From: an uncultured Verrucomicrobiae bacterium
GTDB lineage: Bacteria; Verrucomicrobiota; Verrucomicrobiia; Chthoniobacterales; UBA10450
Reading direction: 5' to 3'
Assembly: GCA_963834385.1 (NCBI GenBank)
Contig: CAWIBO010000005.1
Span: 352,001-416,000 of the forward strand
DNA length: 64,000 nt
Shown: positions 12,037-22,137 of the stretch, piece by piece
Layout of the letters: each line of letters begins with the position of its first letter
Position numbering within the stretch: the stretch's first letter is position 1
Notes under the pieces: generated by a model
Told to the model about the DNA's origin: nothing
Seen by the model: only the letters and a program-made list of their open reading frames with translations
Databases searched by the model: none
Program-made: the position numbers and the translations under genes

Positions 12037-12437
12037 AAACTGAAAAGCTGAAACGCTGAAATCCGGAAAGGATCAATTTGGAAACCAGGAATCCAGGAAA
12101 GGAGAGAGGATTGAATCAGGAAAATAGGAACGCAGGAAAAAGCGGAAATCAGGAAAGGATGAATTTGGAAGCCAGGAAACCGGGAATGAGGAGAGAAGGC
12201 TGAAGAACTGAAGATGAATCAGGAAAGCAGGAACACAGGAAGAAGAGGGTAAGATGGAGAACGTGAACCCCGAGCCCTGGCGTCCAAAACAGAATCAGAA
12301 ATCCCACCCTCCCTTCCTGCTTTCCTGAGTTCCTAATTCATTCCTTCTTCTTGGCTTCCTGGTTTCCAAATTAAAAGTCTCTTTCCTGCTTTCCTAAGTT
12401 CCTAATTCATTCCTCTGGTTTCCTGGTTTCCAAATTC
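12030..12437. repeat. Long imperfect inverted repeat built from GAATTTGGAA(A/G)CCAGGAA..CAGGAA modules, preceded by GCTGAAA tandem units
   Basis: Purine-rich left arm (~12070-12242) and pyrimidine-rich right arm (~12313-12437) are reverse complements, two modules each. Confidence 0.8.
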
Positions 12438-12483
12438 AAAAATGCTTGCACCGGTGCCGTATCGCGGCCAGCAATGAACGCGC

Positions 12484-13779
12484 ATGAGCAACGCCGATAG
12501 CATTCATTCCAAGCGTTCCACCCGGATCCTGTTTGGGCTCATCATCGGCGCGGTCCTTGGGGGCGTCGCCCAGGCCTGGTTCGGCGGGCCCGGGCTCGAC
12601 GCGGCCGTGGCCAACGTCATCCGGCCGATCGGCAGCATTTTCCTCCGGATCATCTTCATGATCGTGGTTCCGCTGATCATCTCCGCGATCGTGCTCGGGA
12701 TTGTCGGCCTCGGCGATATTCGCCGGCTGGGCCGCGTCGGTTACCGCTGTTTCCTGCTCACCCTTTTGCTCTCGGGGATCAGCGTCATCCTTGGCCTTAC
12801 CCTGGTGAACATGGTGCAGCCCGGACGGTTTCTTGACGCCGATGTGCGCGACCGTCTCCAGACCACTTATTCCACGGATGCGGGGGACAAAATCACCCAG
12901 GCCCAGCAGGCCAAGCCGCTCTCGCAGACTCTGGTCGAACTGATCCCGCAGAATCCGCTCGAGGAAGCGGTCAATTCCTTCAACCCGGCCATCGCCAAGG
13001 GCGGCATTCTTTCCGTCATGGTCTTCAGCGTCTTTGTCGGCGTGGCCATGACCATTCTCGACAAGAAAACCGTGCAACCGCTCACCTCATTTTTCGAGGC
13101 GGTTTTTGCCGTCACCCTCAAGATTATCGATTTTGCCATGGCGATCGCGCCGATCGGTGTGGCCTGCCTCAGTTTTGCGCTCATGGCGACGACGGGCTGG
13201 GATCTGCTCCGGTCGCTGGCGGTTTACATCGTGGTCGTCCTCGGCGGCATGATCCTGCACCAGTTCGGGGTTTACTCGATTGTCCTGCGCACGCTCGGCG
13301 GCAAATCGCCGCTCGCGTTCTTCCGGGAGGTAAAGGAAGCGATGGTGACCGCGTTCAGCACTTCCTCGAGCAACGCCACTTTGCCGGTCTCGCTGCGGGT
13401 GGCCGAGGACGAACTGAAATTGCCGCCGCAGATATCGCGGTTTGTCCTGACCGTGGGCGCGACCGCGAACCAGAACGGGACCGCGCTTTACGAAGGCGTC
13501 ACCGTGCTTTTTCTGGCGCAGGTGTTTGGGGTCGACCTCACCCTCACGCAACAGATCGTGGTCGCGCTGATGTGCGTGCTGGCCGGGTTCGGCACCGCCG
13601 GGGTGCCGGGCGGTTCGCTCCCGCTGGTGGTGGGTGTCCTGATTTCGATCAATGTTCCGGCCCAGGCCATTGCCATTATTCTGGGGATCGACCGGATTCT
13701 CGACATGTGCCGGAGCGCGCTCAACGTTACCGGCGACCTCGTCATCGCCACGGTCGTGTCGAAGACGAAGATTGAATAG
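12484..13779 (+). CDS. Dicarboxylate/amino acid:cation symporter (DAACS, GltP-like)
   Basis: AFSTSSSNATLP, GATANQNGTALY, GIDRILDMCR. Confidence 0.93.
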   Translation: MSNADSIHSKRSTRILFGLIIGAVLGGVAQAWFGGPGLDAAVANVIRPIGSIFLRIIFMIVVPLIISAIVLGIVGLGDIRRLGRVGYRCFLLTLLLSGISVILGLTLVNMVQPGRFLDADVRDRLQTTYSTDAGDKITQAQQAKPLSQTLVELIPQNPLEEAVNSFNPAIAKGGILSVMVFSVFVGVAMTILDKKTVQPLTSFFEAVFAVTLKIIDFAMAIAPIGVACLSFALMATTGWDLLRSLAVYIVVVLGGMILHQFGVYSIVLRTLGGKSPLAFFREVKEAMVTAFSTSSSNATLPVSLRVAEDELKLPPQISRFVLTVGATANQNGTALYEGVTVLFLAQVFGVDLTLTQQIVVALMCVLAGFGTAGVPGGSLPLVVGVLISINVPAQAIAIILGIDRILDMCRSALNVTGDLVIATVVSKTKIE

Positions 13780-13867
13780 GACAGGCAGCGGGCGAGCAGC
13801 GAAGGCAACGGAGCTGTCCGCTTCAGGAAGGCCCCCGCGTGGCGGATCAGCGTTCCAAATGAAGCCG

Positions 13868-13940
13868 TGGAGCCTAGGGGATTCGAACCCCTGACCTCCT
13901 CAATGCCATTGAGGCGCTCTACCAACTGAGCTAAGACCCC
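13868..13940 (-). tRNA. tRNA-Ala(GGC)
   Basis: GGGGTCTTAGCTCAGTTGGTAGAGCG-CCTCA AT GGC AT TGAGG-AGGTCAGGGGTTCGAATCCCCTAGGCTCCA; CCA not encoded. Confidence 0.96.
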
Positions 13941-14147
13941 GGGTCAGCCGGGGGGAAGCCGAAGGCGTCCCCCGCGTGAAGTGTGAATGGTAGATGGGGA
14001 ATCGGGAAAATCAACCCGTTGGATGCCGCCCGTGCGCACCCTGCCGACGACTCGCTGGGCCGAAGGTTGATGCAGATCAGAAAAACCGATCCAACCCACC
14101 CATTACAAGTGGTGCAGACAGGTTTAAGAGCAGAATCGTCTTCAACA

Positions 14148-14352
14148 AATCCTGCAAAATCCTGTTCATCCTGTCCTCTTGTGAACGGCGGCAGGGCGAT
14201 GATGGACAGGATTTACATGATTTACAGGATGAACGGAGAGACCGTAGCTCCCAACGCCTTTTGATCCGTTATCCTGTCTTTAAAAAGCGCCGGCCGAGAT
14301 GGCTGGCTCGGTCGGCTCGCTCCGTGATGTCGGGGCGATGGTCTCCGCCTGC
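14148..14352 (+). repeat. ~205-bp diverged direct repeat, copy 1 (partner 17598-17805), containing an ATCCTG/CAGGAT inverted repeat
   Basis: aaatcctgcaaaatcctgttcatcctgtcc...aacggcggcagggcgatgatggacaggat...aaagcgccggc.gagat...tccgtgatg...gatggtctccgcctgcgg in both copies. Confidence 0.85.
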
Positions 14353-14416
14353 GGGATGGGGCTAGCCCTGTTAAAGAGGCATCCGGGAGAATTTCGACCG
14401 GCGATTGGATCGTGGC

Positions 14417-14623
14417 ATGGTCTTGCGCACCCTGTTTATTCTGCTTTGCCTGATCGCGGCCGGTTCGGCGCGCGCCTGTACCGTCTGTGATTCCGAGAGA
14501 GGCGTGGCGGTCCGGTCCGGAATTTTCAACGAGTCTTTCTTTTCCACCCTGCTCGAGGTAGCTGCGCCCTTCCCGGTCCTGGGCCTCGCGCTGTACTGCA
14601 TCAACCGCTGGCTGCCCGATTAG
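14417..14623 (+). CDS. Small exported/membrane protein with CxxC
   Basis: Signal-like N-terminus, ACTVCDS, C-terminal hydrophobic helix; 4 bp upstream of the DUF2243-like gene. Confidence 0.6.
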   Translation: MVLRTLFILLCLIAAGSARACTVCDSERGVAVRSGIFNESFFSTLLEVAAPFPVLGLALYCINRWLPD

Positions 14624-14627
14624 CCCT

Positions 14628-14828
14628 ATGAACACCGCAACCGTCACCAAACCGCTCACTCGCGCCGGTATCTTTCTCGGAATCGGGCTGGGAGGATTCA
14701 TCGATGGCATCCTTTTTCACCAGATCCTTCAGCTCCACAACATGCTGACCGCGCGCATCCCGAAGGACACCATCCCGAATATCGAGATCAACATGGTCTG
14801 GGGAGCAGGATGGGCTGAAGGACCGTAG
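14628..14828 (+). pseudogene. Truncated DUF2243-like membrane protein
   Basis: GIGLGGFIDGILFHQILQLHNML matches the family N-terminus; similarity ends at NMVW where DGLFH would be expected. Confidence 0.7.
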
Positions 14829-14847
14829 AACCCGATTGGAGGGGGGA

Positions 14848-17460
14848 CTAGGGCTGATGATAGGCCTCTATCAAGCCGACCCCGGTGCCGGGACCAGCGC
14901 TCTCGAGAATCACGGTATAGCCGCCAGGGGCGAACGAAGAGATCAGGGCGGCCTCCCGGTCGTCGTTCGGCGCGAGCCCGGCCTCAATCAATTCAGCCTC
15001 CTGGTGCTCACGCCAGTTATCGTTGGTGACCATGGTCTGCCCGTTTTGATTAACGACACGGATCTTCGGATTTGGCAGCGCGTTTTGAACGCCTGCCGAG
15101 GCGAGAGTCGGCCCAGGCCGCGGATGACAATGCTCGTTGCCATGCCCGGCGAACCGTAGGCGGCAATGAAGCCCCCGATCATCACATTATCATTCGTGCC
15201 GACGAAACCGCGGGTGCTGATGTTCGCGAGAATGGATTCGGAAATCGAATCCCCATTGTAAACCTCCACCATTCCCACGCCTGTGCCGTTCTTCCCCCGC
15301 ACAATGGCCGTGTAAGCGCCGGGCCACAGATCGACCCCGATGGCCGCTTCCCGGTCGACGACAGGCGCCAAGCCTCGCTTCGAGACCTCAACTGACGGGT
15401 TATCCTTCCAATCGTCCATGGTGACGAACAAATGGCCCGTCCCTGTGTAAAGCTCCAGAACCGGATCCTGCAACACTCCGGCGACGCCGTAACGGCTCAA
15501 GGACGGACCAAGCGCACGAACGACCACGAATTTAGGACTCGCCCCGTTGACGATGAAACCCGCGATCCCCACATTGTCTCCGGTCTGGACGGAAAGCCGC
15601 GTGCTGATATTTGCCAGTTTTGGGGCCACCGGCGTCATCGGTGTCAGATGAACATAGGTGCCCGCCTCGGGGACATGAGTGAATGTTTCTGAACCAAGAT
15701 AGCCCAAGGCGATGCCGTCAAACTCGTGGCCGACGACCAGGCGCCCACTCGAATCGATGTCGATGTCCAGCAAGTAAAGGTGGCCCACTCCTGCACTCCA
15801 TTGCAGGCTGCCATCGGGGGCCAAACGATGTATGGCTCCGCCCCGTCCGCAGACGAAAACCGAACCGTCCGCATCGACCGCAAGCGCGGTGATCGGATTG
15901 TGGATCGCCACATATGGGTCAATTTCAAAGGTTCGGACGAAATCGAGGGTATTCGGATCGTAGACGTCGACCAGAACCGCCCGGCTCTGACGTGGAGCAT
16001 AGTAATAAAGCGCGTAAACCATCCCATCGAGACCGCAGGTGACATCGATGTAGTCGCGGCCTTGCGCGAAGCGGACGGAACTGTTGTTGGCCGGATCGAA
16101 CCGGATCAGTCCGGCGGTATGATCGGGCATTTGCCCCCCGGGCGAGGCAACATCCGTGGCGAAAAGGAAAGGGCCGTTAGAATCGAAGCCGGTCGCTCCT
16201 TCGTTCGTCCACCCTGGCTCGAGTCGATGTTCAACCTGACTTGAACTGATCAACGTCAAATGGGCGTCGGGACGGCCATTTGCGACAGCGAACCTTGAGT
16301 CCGGCGCAACAGCCACCCCGCGCAGCGGATCATAGGAAGTCGGCGACCCGAGCGCCGGCACCTGGATTCCGGCGACCGGCCAGAGTTGAGGGGTGAACTT
16401 CCGAATTGTCCGATTCGAAGTTGTTACGATGTCACTCAGGGGTGCCGGAGTGGCCGTGGGGGCAGGCGTGGCGGGCGGTTCAGGCAATGGGGGGTTCGGT
16501 TGTGGGAACTGCCGGGCGAACGTCACGAAGCTGAAGTCTGAGTTGACCACAAATGAAGCAAAGCTGGTCAGCGCTGTGGTTGTGATAAGAACGCGACCCA
16601 GCCGCTCGGCTATGATGACCGTGCCAGCGGGATTGACTTCAATATCGTGTATGTTGTCGAAACCTGTGGACGCTTCCTTTTCCACGGTGCCCGAGGCATT
16701 CAGCCGAAAAACACGGCCGTTCGTCCAGCCGGCAAGAAACATCCGTCCGGCCCCATCCACCGCGATGCCGCGTATATCGGCGGCCACCAGTTCTGATGAA
16801 AGGGTGATACGGTTGAGCAAGAGACCCGAGAGCGGATCGAATGATTCGATGTGGGTCGCCGCGCCGTAAACGCCCCCACTCTGCGAGTAGAGGACGTAAA
16901 GTGTTCCGTCCAGGCCGATATTCAGATCAAGGACATCCCGGCCCTCGCCGATACGAATCCATTCATCCGTAAAAATGTCGTAGCGAATGACACCATTCCA
17001 CCCCAAGCCATCGAGCCAAAAATCAGCGAGAAAAAGATAATTACGAAAAGCGGCGATGGCTCCATGGGTCCCGTTAAAGCCGGTATTCCAAAGCGGAAAA
17101 GTCCGATCAGAGAATTTGCCGCTGGAAGCCTGATAACGTGTCAGAAAGGGAGTCAGCGTTCCGTTATATCCGGCAATGGCGCCGGTCCCATCAATCACGA
17201 TGTCTCGGAGAAATTCTGTCGAAGCGAAATAAGGACGGGTGCTTCCGGCGAAGGAAATTGTCTGCACCAACTGGCCTCCGGTGGTGTACCTCCAGGACCT
17301 GGCTCGCGCTCCCAAAGGTAGCGGAAACCAGGATGTTATTCGGGTTAAGCGGCGCGGCCGACGTCGTCGCCACCAACATCAGCGGCAAAGCCTTGGCGAT
17401 GAAGCGGCCAAGAAATGCCCTTCCGGCGAATCCAAACGGAACATTGAACGGTGGAAACAA
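14848..17460 (-). CDS. Exported beta-propeller repeat protein with two C-terminal NISTR modules (frameshifts near 17290 and 15110)
   Basis: Joined from ORFs 17191..17460 (signal peptide), 14988..17315 (two repeated propeller-like blocks, Pro linker, LANISTR twice) and 14848..15033 (NDNW...GLAP...GVGLIEAY). Confidence 0.75.
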
Positions 17461-17597
17461 CCGCGGCAGGGTCGCATATCTCTACACCCGCGCCAAGACC
17501 ATTGGTGCAAATCCGGAGCCTGGAGGATGACCGAGGGCGTTGAAGCCCTCGTCATGTCGTGCCGCATCTTCACGAGGAGCCTTAATCAGTCCTCTCG

Positions 17598-17805
17598 AAA
17601 TCCTGCAAAATCCTGTTCATCCTGTCCTTTTTTAAACGGCGGCAGGGCGATGATGGACAGGATGGACAGGATGGACAGGATGGGCGTAGGAACCACGCAG
17701 CCCAGCGTCTTCGGCGCCCGATTGCCTGTCTTCAGAAAGCGCCGGCTGAGATCGCAGGCTCGGGCTGCTCGATCCGTGATGCGGGAGTGATGGTCTCCGC
17801 CTGCG
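17598..17805 (+). repeat. ~205-bp diverged direct repeat, copy 2; overlaps the 3' end of the 17732-18361 gene
   Basis: Matches 14148-14352; includes tandem GGACAGGAT x3. Confidence 0.85.
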
Positions 17806-18361
17806 GCACGGGTTCCATCAGGCCGGCCCGGCGGAACCGGGCCAGCTCGAATTCCTGGCGCTGGCCGAACGACGCGCCTTTGGTCCGGTTGAGACGGCCC
17901 GGCATCAGTTCCAGGTTGGCGAGGACGTTGTCGAGCTCGGGCACGAGGGAACGCGGCACAATATGGTCAACCGTGAGCAGGTCCCCGGCGTAAGGTCCGT
18001 TTCTGACGGTGGGACATTGTCCGCGCCGCATCTTCGCCATGCCTTCGTCGTCGAGGCAGCCGAGCTTGGTCGCGATATCGAGATTGCGCAGCATGGCGGC
18101 CGCGGTCAGCCGCCCGCGTTCGTCTTCCCAGGCCAGTTGCCGAAAGGCTTCGGCCATGACGTCACCGGGTGTCTGTCCCTCACGCCGGGCTGTTTCCAGC
18201 CAATATACGATTTTCTGCACCCGCGGATTGGCGCCCCGTTCGCCCAGGGTGGCGAGCCGGACCGGGTCGGCCAGGGCGGCAATGTTCCGGGAATAATCGG
18301 GGGCCGCCTGCGCGGTGGCGACGAGGCAAAGACAAAGAAAGAGGGGAAACCGCAGAAACAT
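17732..18361 (-). CDS. Exported protein with an HNH/DUF1524-like His-Me finger motif
   Basis: Signal peptide MFLRFPLFLCLCLVATAQA; TVDHIVP...NLELMPGRLNRTKG. Confidence 0.65.
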   Translation of the reverse strand: MFLRFPLFLCLCLVATAQAAPDYSRNIAALADPVRLATLGERGANPRVQKIVYWLETARREGQTPGDVMAEAFRQLAWEDERGRLTAAAMLRNLDIATKLGCLDDEGMAKMRRGQCPTVRNGPYAGDLLTVDHIVPRSLVPELDNVLANLELMPGRLNRTKGASFGQRQEFELARFRRAGLMEPVPQAETITPASRIEQPEPAISAGAF

Positions 18362-18508
18362 GGTGCTCCCCTGAAGCAAGGGGCGCACCCGATACGATGG
18401 CGTTGGGCCCTCCGCAACGCATTTTTACGGTATGTTCATATGCACATACCGTTGGGCGGTCGCTATTTAGGCTGTTTTGGACCCCGGTTTGGGGTCGTCG
18501 GAAGCGGC

Positions 18509-18907
18509 TTATTCGGCCAGGAGGGCTTCGCAGGCTTTGACGCACCGGTGGCAGGCCTCGGCGCAAACCCGGCAATGCTCCATCTTTTGCCCGTGTTTCT
18601 CACAGTGCGCACCGCAAATGCGGCAGGCCTCGATGCAGGCCCGAAGCTGCGCGCCCGCCAGCTTCTTGTCGGTGCGGGTCAGGCGGGAAATAATGCGCGC
18701 GGTGGCGAGACAGACGTCGGCGCAATCGGTGTTATCGCGAATACACTCAACCAGTGAAGCCACTTCCTTTTCGCCGAGGCAGGCATCGGCGCAGGCGTTG
18801 CACGCCTCGGCGCAGGAATAGCAGGCGGTGATGCACTCGATGGCGACGCCCCGGTCCGATGAAGGATGCACCGGGTGCGTCTCGAACATTTGTTTGATGT
18901 AACTCAC
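18509..18907 (-). CDS. Four-helix-bundle Cys-rich copper storage protein (DUF326/Csp3-like)
   Basis: Repeated CxxxCxxC units (CITACYSCAEACNACADAC...HCRVCAEACHRCVKAC); GTG start. Confidence 0.88.
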   Translation of the reverse strand: MSYIKQMFETHPVHPSSDRGVAIECITACYSCAEACNACADACLGEKEVASLVECIRDNTDCADVCLATARIISRLTRTDKKLAGAQLRACIEACRICGAHCEKHGQKMEHCRVCAEACHRCVKACEALLAE

Positions 18908-18926
18908 AGGCTTGCGCTCGCTCCGA

Positions 18927-19112
18927 TTACAGACCCTCGATCTCGGTCCGGAGATCTTCCTTGGAACGCCCCAGCTTCTCCTGGAGCCGGCCGAGCATCT
19001 CCTCTTCCTTGCCTTCGGCAAAAGTCAGGTCGTCGTCAGTGAGCTGGCCGTACTTCTGCTTCAGCTTTCCTTTCACCTGATTCCAATCGCCCTTGAGACT
19101 TAACTTGTTCAT
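18927..19112 (-). CDS. CsbD family general stress protein
   Basis: KGDWNQVKGKLKQKYGQLTDDDL. Confidence 0.92.
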   Translation of the reverse strand: MNKLSLKGDWNQVKGKLKQKYGQLTDDDLTFAEGKEEEMLGRLQEKLGRSKEDLRTEIEGL

Positions 19113-19153
19113 ATAAATGTAACGCGTCTCGGACGCCCGGCAGATGTAACCGC

Positions 19154-19492
19154 CTAATCGACCCGTGGAGAACCGCTCCGGCGCAGCTCCTCCTCCGCGC
19201 GCCGCCAATGGTCGTCCGCCCGGCCGTCCGGTCGGCCTTCCTCTTCCCATAACTGTTGTGCCCGTTGCGCGATCCGGTCTTCCGAGACGTCCACCGGATT
19301 GGTCTGGCTCCCGGGCACGCCGACGCCCGGGGTGTTGCCATGGCCGCGTTCGTTCTGCCCAAACGCATCGTTGACCGGTTCGCTGGCGGGAATCGGTTTA
19401 TCATCGGGATGTCCGCCGCCGGAAACGGAATCACCGCCATGTTCGGGCGCGCGAAAGATGCGCACGCGCGCGGTTTCGAGGAATAGGTTCAT
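19154..19492 (-). CDS. DUF2934 domain protein
   Basis: RIAQRAQQLWEEEGRPDGRADDHWRRAEEEL. Confidence 0.8.
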   Translation of the reverse strand: MNLFLETARVRIFRAPEHGGDSVSGGGHPDDKPIPASEPVNDAFGQNERGHGNTPGVGVPGSQTNPVDVSEDRIAQRAQQLWEEEGRPDGRADDHWRRAEEELRRSGSPRVD

Positions 19493-19724
19493 ACAAGGAA
19501 ATCGCAGCCGGAGAACGCTGTAGATTGGTTTCCCGTGCGAACCGCACCCGGCGTTTCCGTTCCTTCCATAAGGGTGACGTATTCGTAAAAAATGTTACGA
19601 GGGCGCCCAAGGTCTCCGGCCGCAAAACAGAGAAAAGAGAGCGCGCAGGGAGGTTGAAGGGCGAAAAGAATAGGAGAGACAGGGCCCGCGCAGGCGGCTT
19701 CGGTCTGGCTGGATATATTCCCAT

Positions 19725-22062
19725 ATGACACCTTCCCAATCCGCCACCGCCGCTCGCGACCCGGTCTGCGGCATGACCGTCCAGCCCGAGGAGGCAGCCG
19801 GAAGCCTGGAGCACGAGGGGACGACATACTATTTTTGTTCCGCCGGTTGCCGGGAAAAATTCAAGTCCGACCCGGAGCGTTACCTCGGCGAATCGGAGGG
19901 CGGCGCTTGCTGCGGTCACGCGGCGACGGCACCGGCCGAGGCGGCGCCGGGCGCGATTTACACCTGCCCGATGCATCCGGAGGTGGAACAGGAAGGGCCG
20001 GGAGACTGTCCGATCTGCGGCATGGCCCTGGAGCCGAAGAATGTCGCGGCCGGTTCCGCGCCGGATAACTCCGAGCTGCGCGACATGACCAGGCGTTTCT
20101 GGGTCGGGGCGGTTCTCAGTCTGCCGGTCTTTCTGCTGGCCATGGCGCATCTCTGGCCAGACGCGCCCGGGTGGTTGGAAGGCGAGTTTTCGCGGTGGAC
20201 CCAGTTTCTCCTGAGCACGCCGGTGGTGCTCTGGTGCGGCTGGCCTTTTTTTGTGCGCGGCTGGCGCTCGGTCCAGAACCGGTCGCCCAATATGTTTACC
20301 CTGATCAGCATCGGGGTGGGGGCGGCTTACTTCTACAGCGCGGTGGCCATGCTGGCGCCCGGTCTTTTCCCAGCCGCTTTCCTCGAGCATGGCCGCATCG
20401 GCGTTTATTTCGAGTCGGCCGCCATCATCACGGTGCTGGTTTTGCTCGGCCAGGTTTTGGAACTGCGGGCGCGGGAACGCACGGGCGGCGCGATCCGGGC
20501 GCTTGCTCGATCTCGCGCCGAAGACCGCGCGGGTGGTGCGCGATGGCGCGGAGGAGGAGGTCTCCCTCGAGGAGGTGCGGCGCGGCGACCGGCTCCGGGT
20601 GAAACCGGGCGAGAAAATTCCGGTGGATGGCGAGGTCACCGAGGGCCGCACCAGCGTGGACGAGTCGATGATCACCGGCGAACCCATCCCGGTGGAGAAA
20701 GGCGAGGGCGACCCGGTCACGGGCGGCACGGTCAACCAGACCGGCAGCATCGTGCTGGAGGCGCGCCGGGTGGGGAACGAGACCATGCTGGCGCAGATCG
20801 TGGAGATGGTCGCGCAGGCGCAACGCAGCCGGGCGCCGATCCAGGGCGTGGCTGACAAGGTGGCGAAGTTTTTCGTCCCGGCCGTCATTGCCTCCGCCGT
20901 GGTGACTTTCGGAATCTGGGCCGGTGTCGGGCCGGAACCGCGCTTTGCCCATGCCATCGTGAACGCGGTCGCCGTGCTCATCATCGCCTGCCCCTGCGCG
21001 CTTGGGCTGGCCACGCCGATGTCGATCATGGTCGGGGTCGGGCGCGGGGCGCAGGCCGGCATCCTGATCAAGAAAGCTGAGGCGATGGAGCTGTTGGAAA
21101 AGGTGAAAACGCTGGTGGTGGATAAGACCGGCACCCTCACCGAAGGCAAACCGGTTTTGCGCGAGGTGATTGAGACCGGGGGAATGGCCGCGGACGACGT
21201 CCTGCGGATGGCGGCGTCGATCGAGGCGCAGAGCGAGCATCCGCTGGCGGGCGCGATCGTGGCCGGCGCGAAGGAACGGGGACTCGACCTGGAAACGGTG
21301 GAAGATTTTCAGTCGGTCACCGGGGGCGGCGTGCGCGGCACCGTGGCCGGGCGGCGCGTGGTCGTGGGCAAACCAAGTTTCCTGGAAGACGAGGGCGTGA
21401 CCGGGCTGGAAGCGCTGGAAGGGCCGGGGACCGGACTGCAGGAGGAAGGGCAGGGGGTGGTTTTCGTGGCGGTGGATGGAAAAGCCGCCGGTCTGCTGGC
21501 GGTGTCGGACCCGATCAAGGAATCGACCCCGGCCGCGATCAAGGGACTGCACCGGCTCGGGTTGAAAGTGATCATGCTGACCGGGGACAACGAACGCACG
21601 GCCCGCGCGGTCGCGCGTGAGCTGGGGTTGGACGAGGTGGAAGCCGGGGTGGAACCGCAGCGCAAAAATGAGCGGGTGCGCCAGTTGCGCCGGGGCGGGG
21701 GACTGGTGGCGATGGCGGGGGACGGCATCAACGATGCGCCGGCGCTGGCCGCGGCCGATGTCGGCATTGCCATGGGAACGGGGACCGACGTGGCCATGGA
21801 GAGCGCGGGAGTCACCCTCTTGAAAGGCGATCTGCGGGGGATTGAAAAGGCCATGCGGCTGAGCCGGGCCATGATGCGGAACATCCGCCAGAACCTGTTC
21901 TTCGCCTTTGTCTATAACACCATCGGCATTCCGGTCGCCGCCGGTCTGCTTTACCCCTATTTCGGTCTTCTCCTCAGCCCGATGATTGCCGGGGCGGCCA
22001 TGAGCCTGAGCTCGGTCTCGGTGATCGTGAACGCCCTGAGACTGCGCGCCTTGAAATTATAG
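19725..22062 (+). CDS. copA: Cu(I)-translocating P1B-type ATPase with N-terminal YHS and heavy-metal-binding domains (frameshift near 20505)
   Basis: DPVCGM...YYFCSAGC (YHS), [32 protein letters not shown] and MSLSS; split between ORFs 19725..20855 and 20389..22062. Confidence 0.92.
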
Positions 22063-22137
22063 GAATTGCGGCGCTTTTCGCCGGGGAAAAAAGAGGAAAC
22101 CGCTGGAGTGCTTCGCGTATCCGGCTATTACTTTGCC

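Noticed and set aside
19725..20855. Programmed frameshift in copA producing a CopZ-like chaperone
   Set aside because: The shift lies near 20505, after several TM helices rather than just after the metal-binding domain, and no slippery heptamer is evident; likely an indel error
13868..22062. Genomic island integrated at tRNA-Ala(GGC)
   Set aside because: The accessory genes lie upstream of the tRNA 5' end; no duplicated tRNA 3' end and no integrase were found
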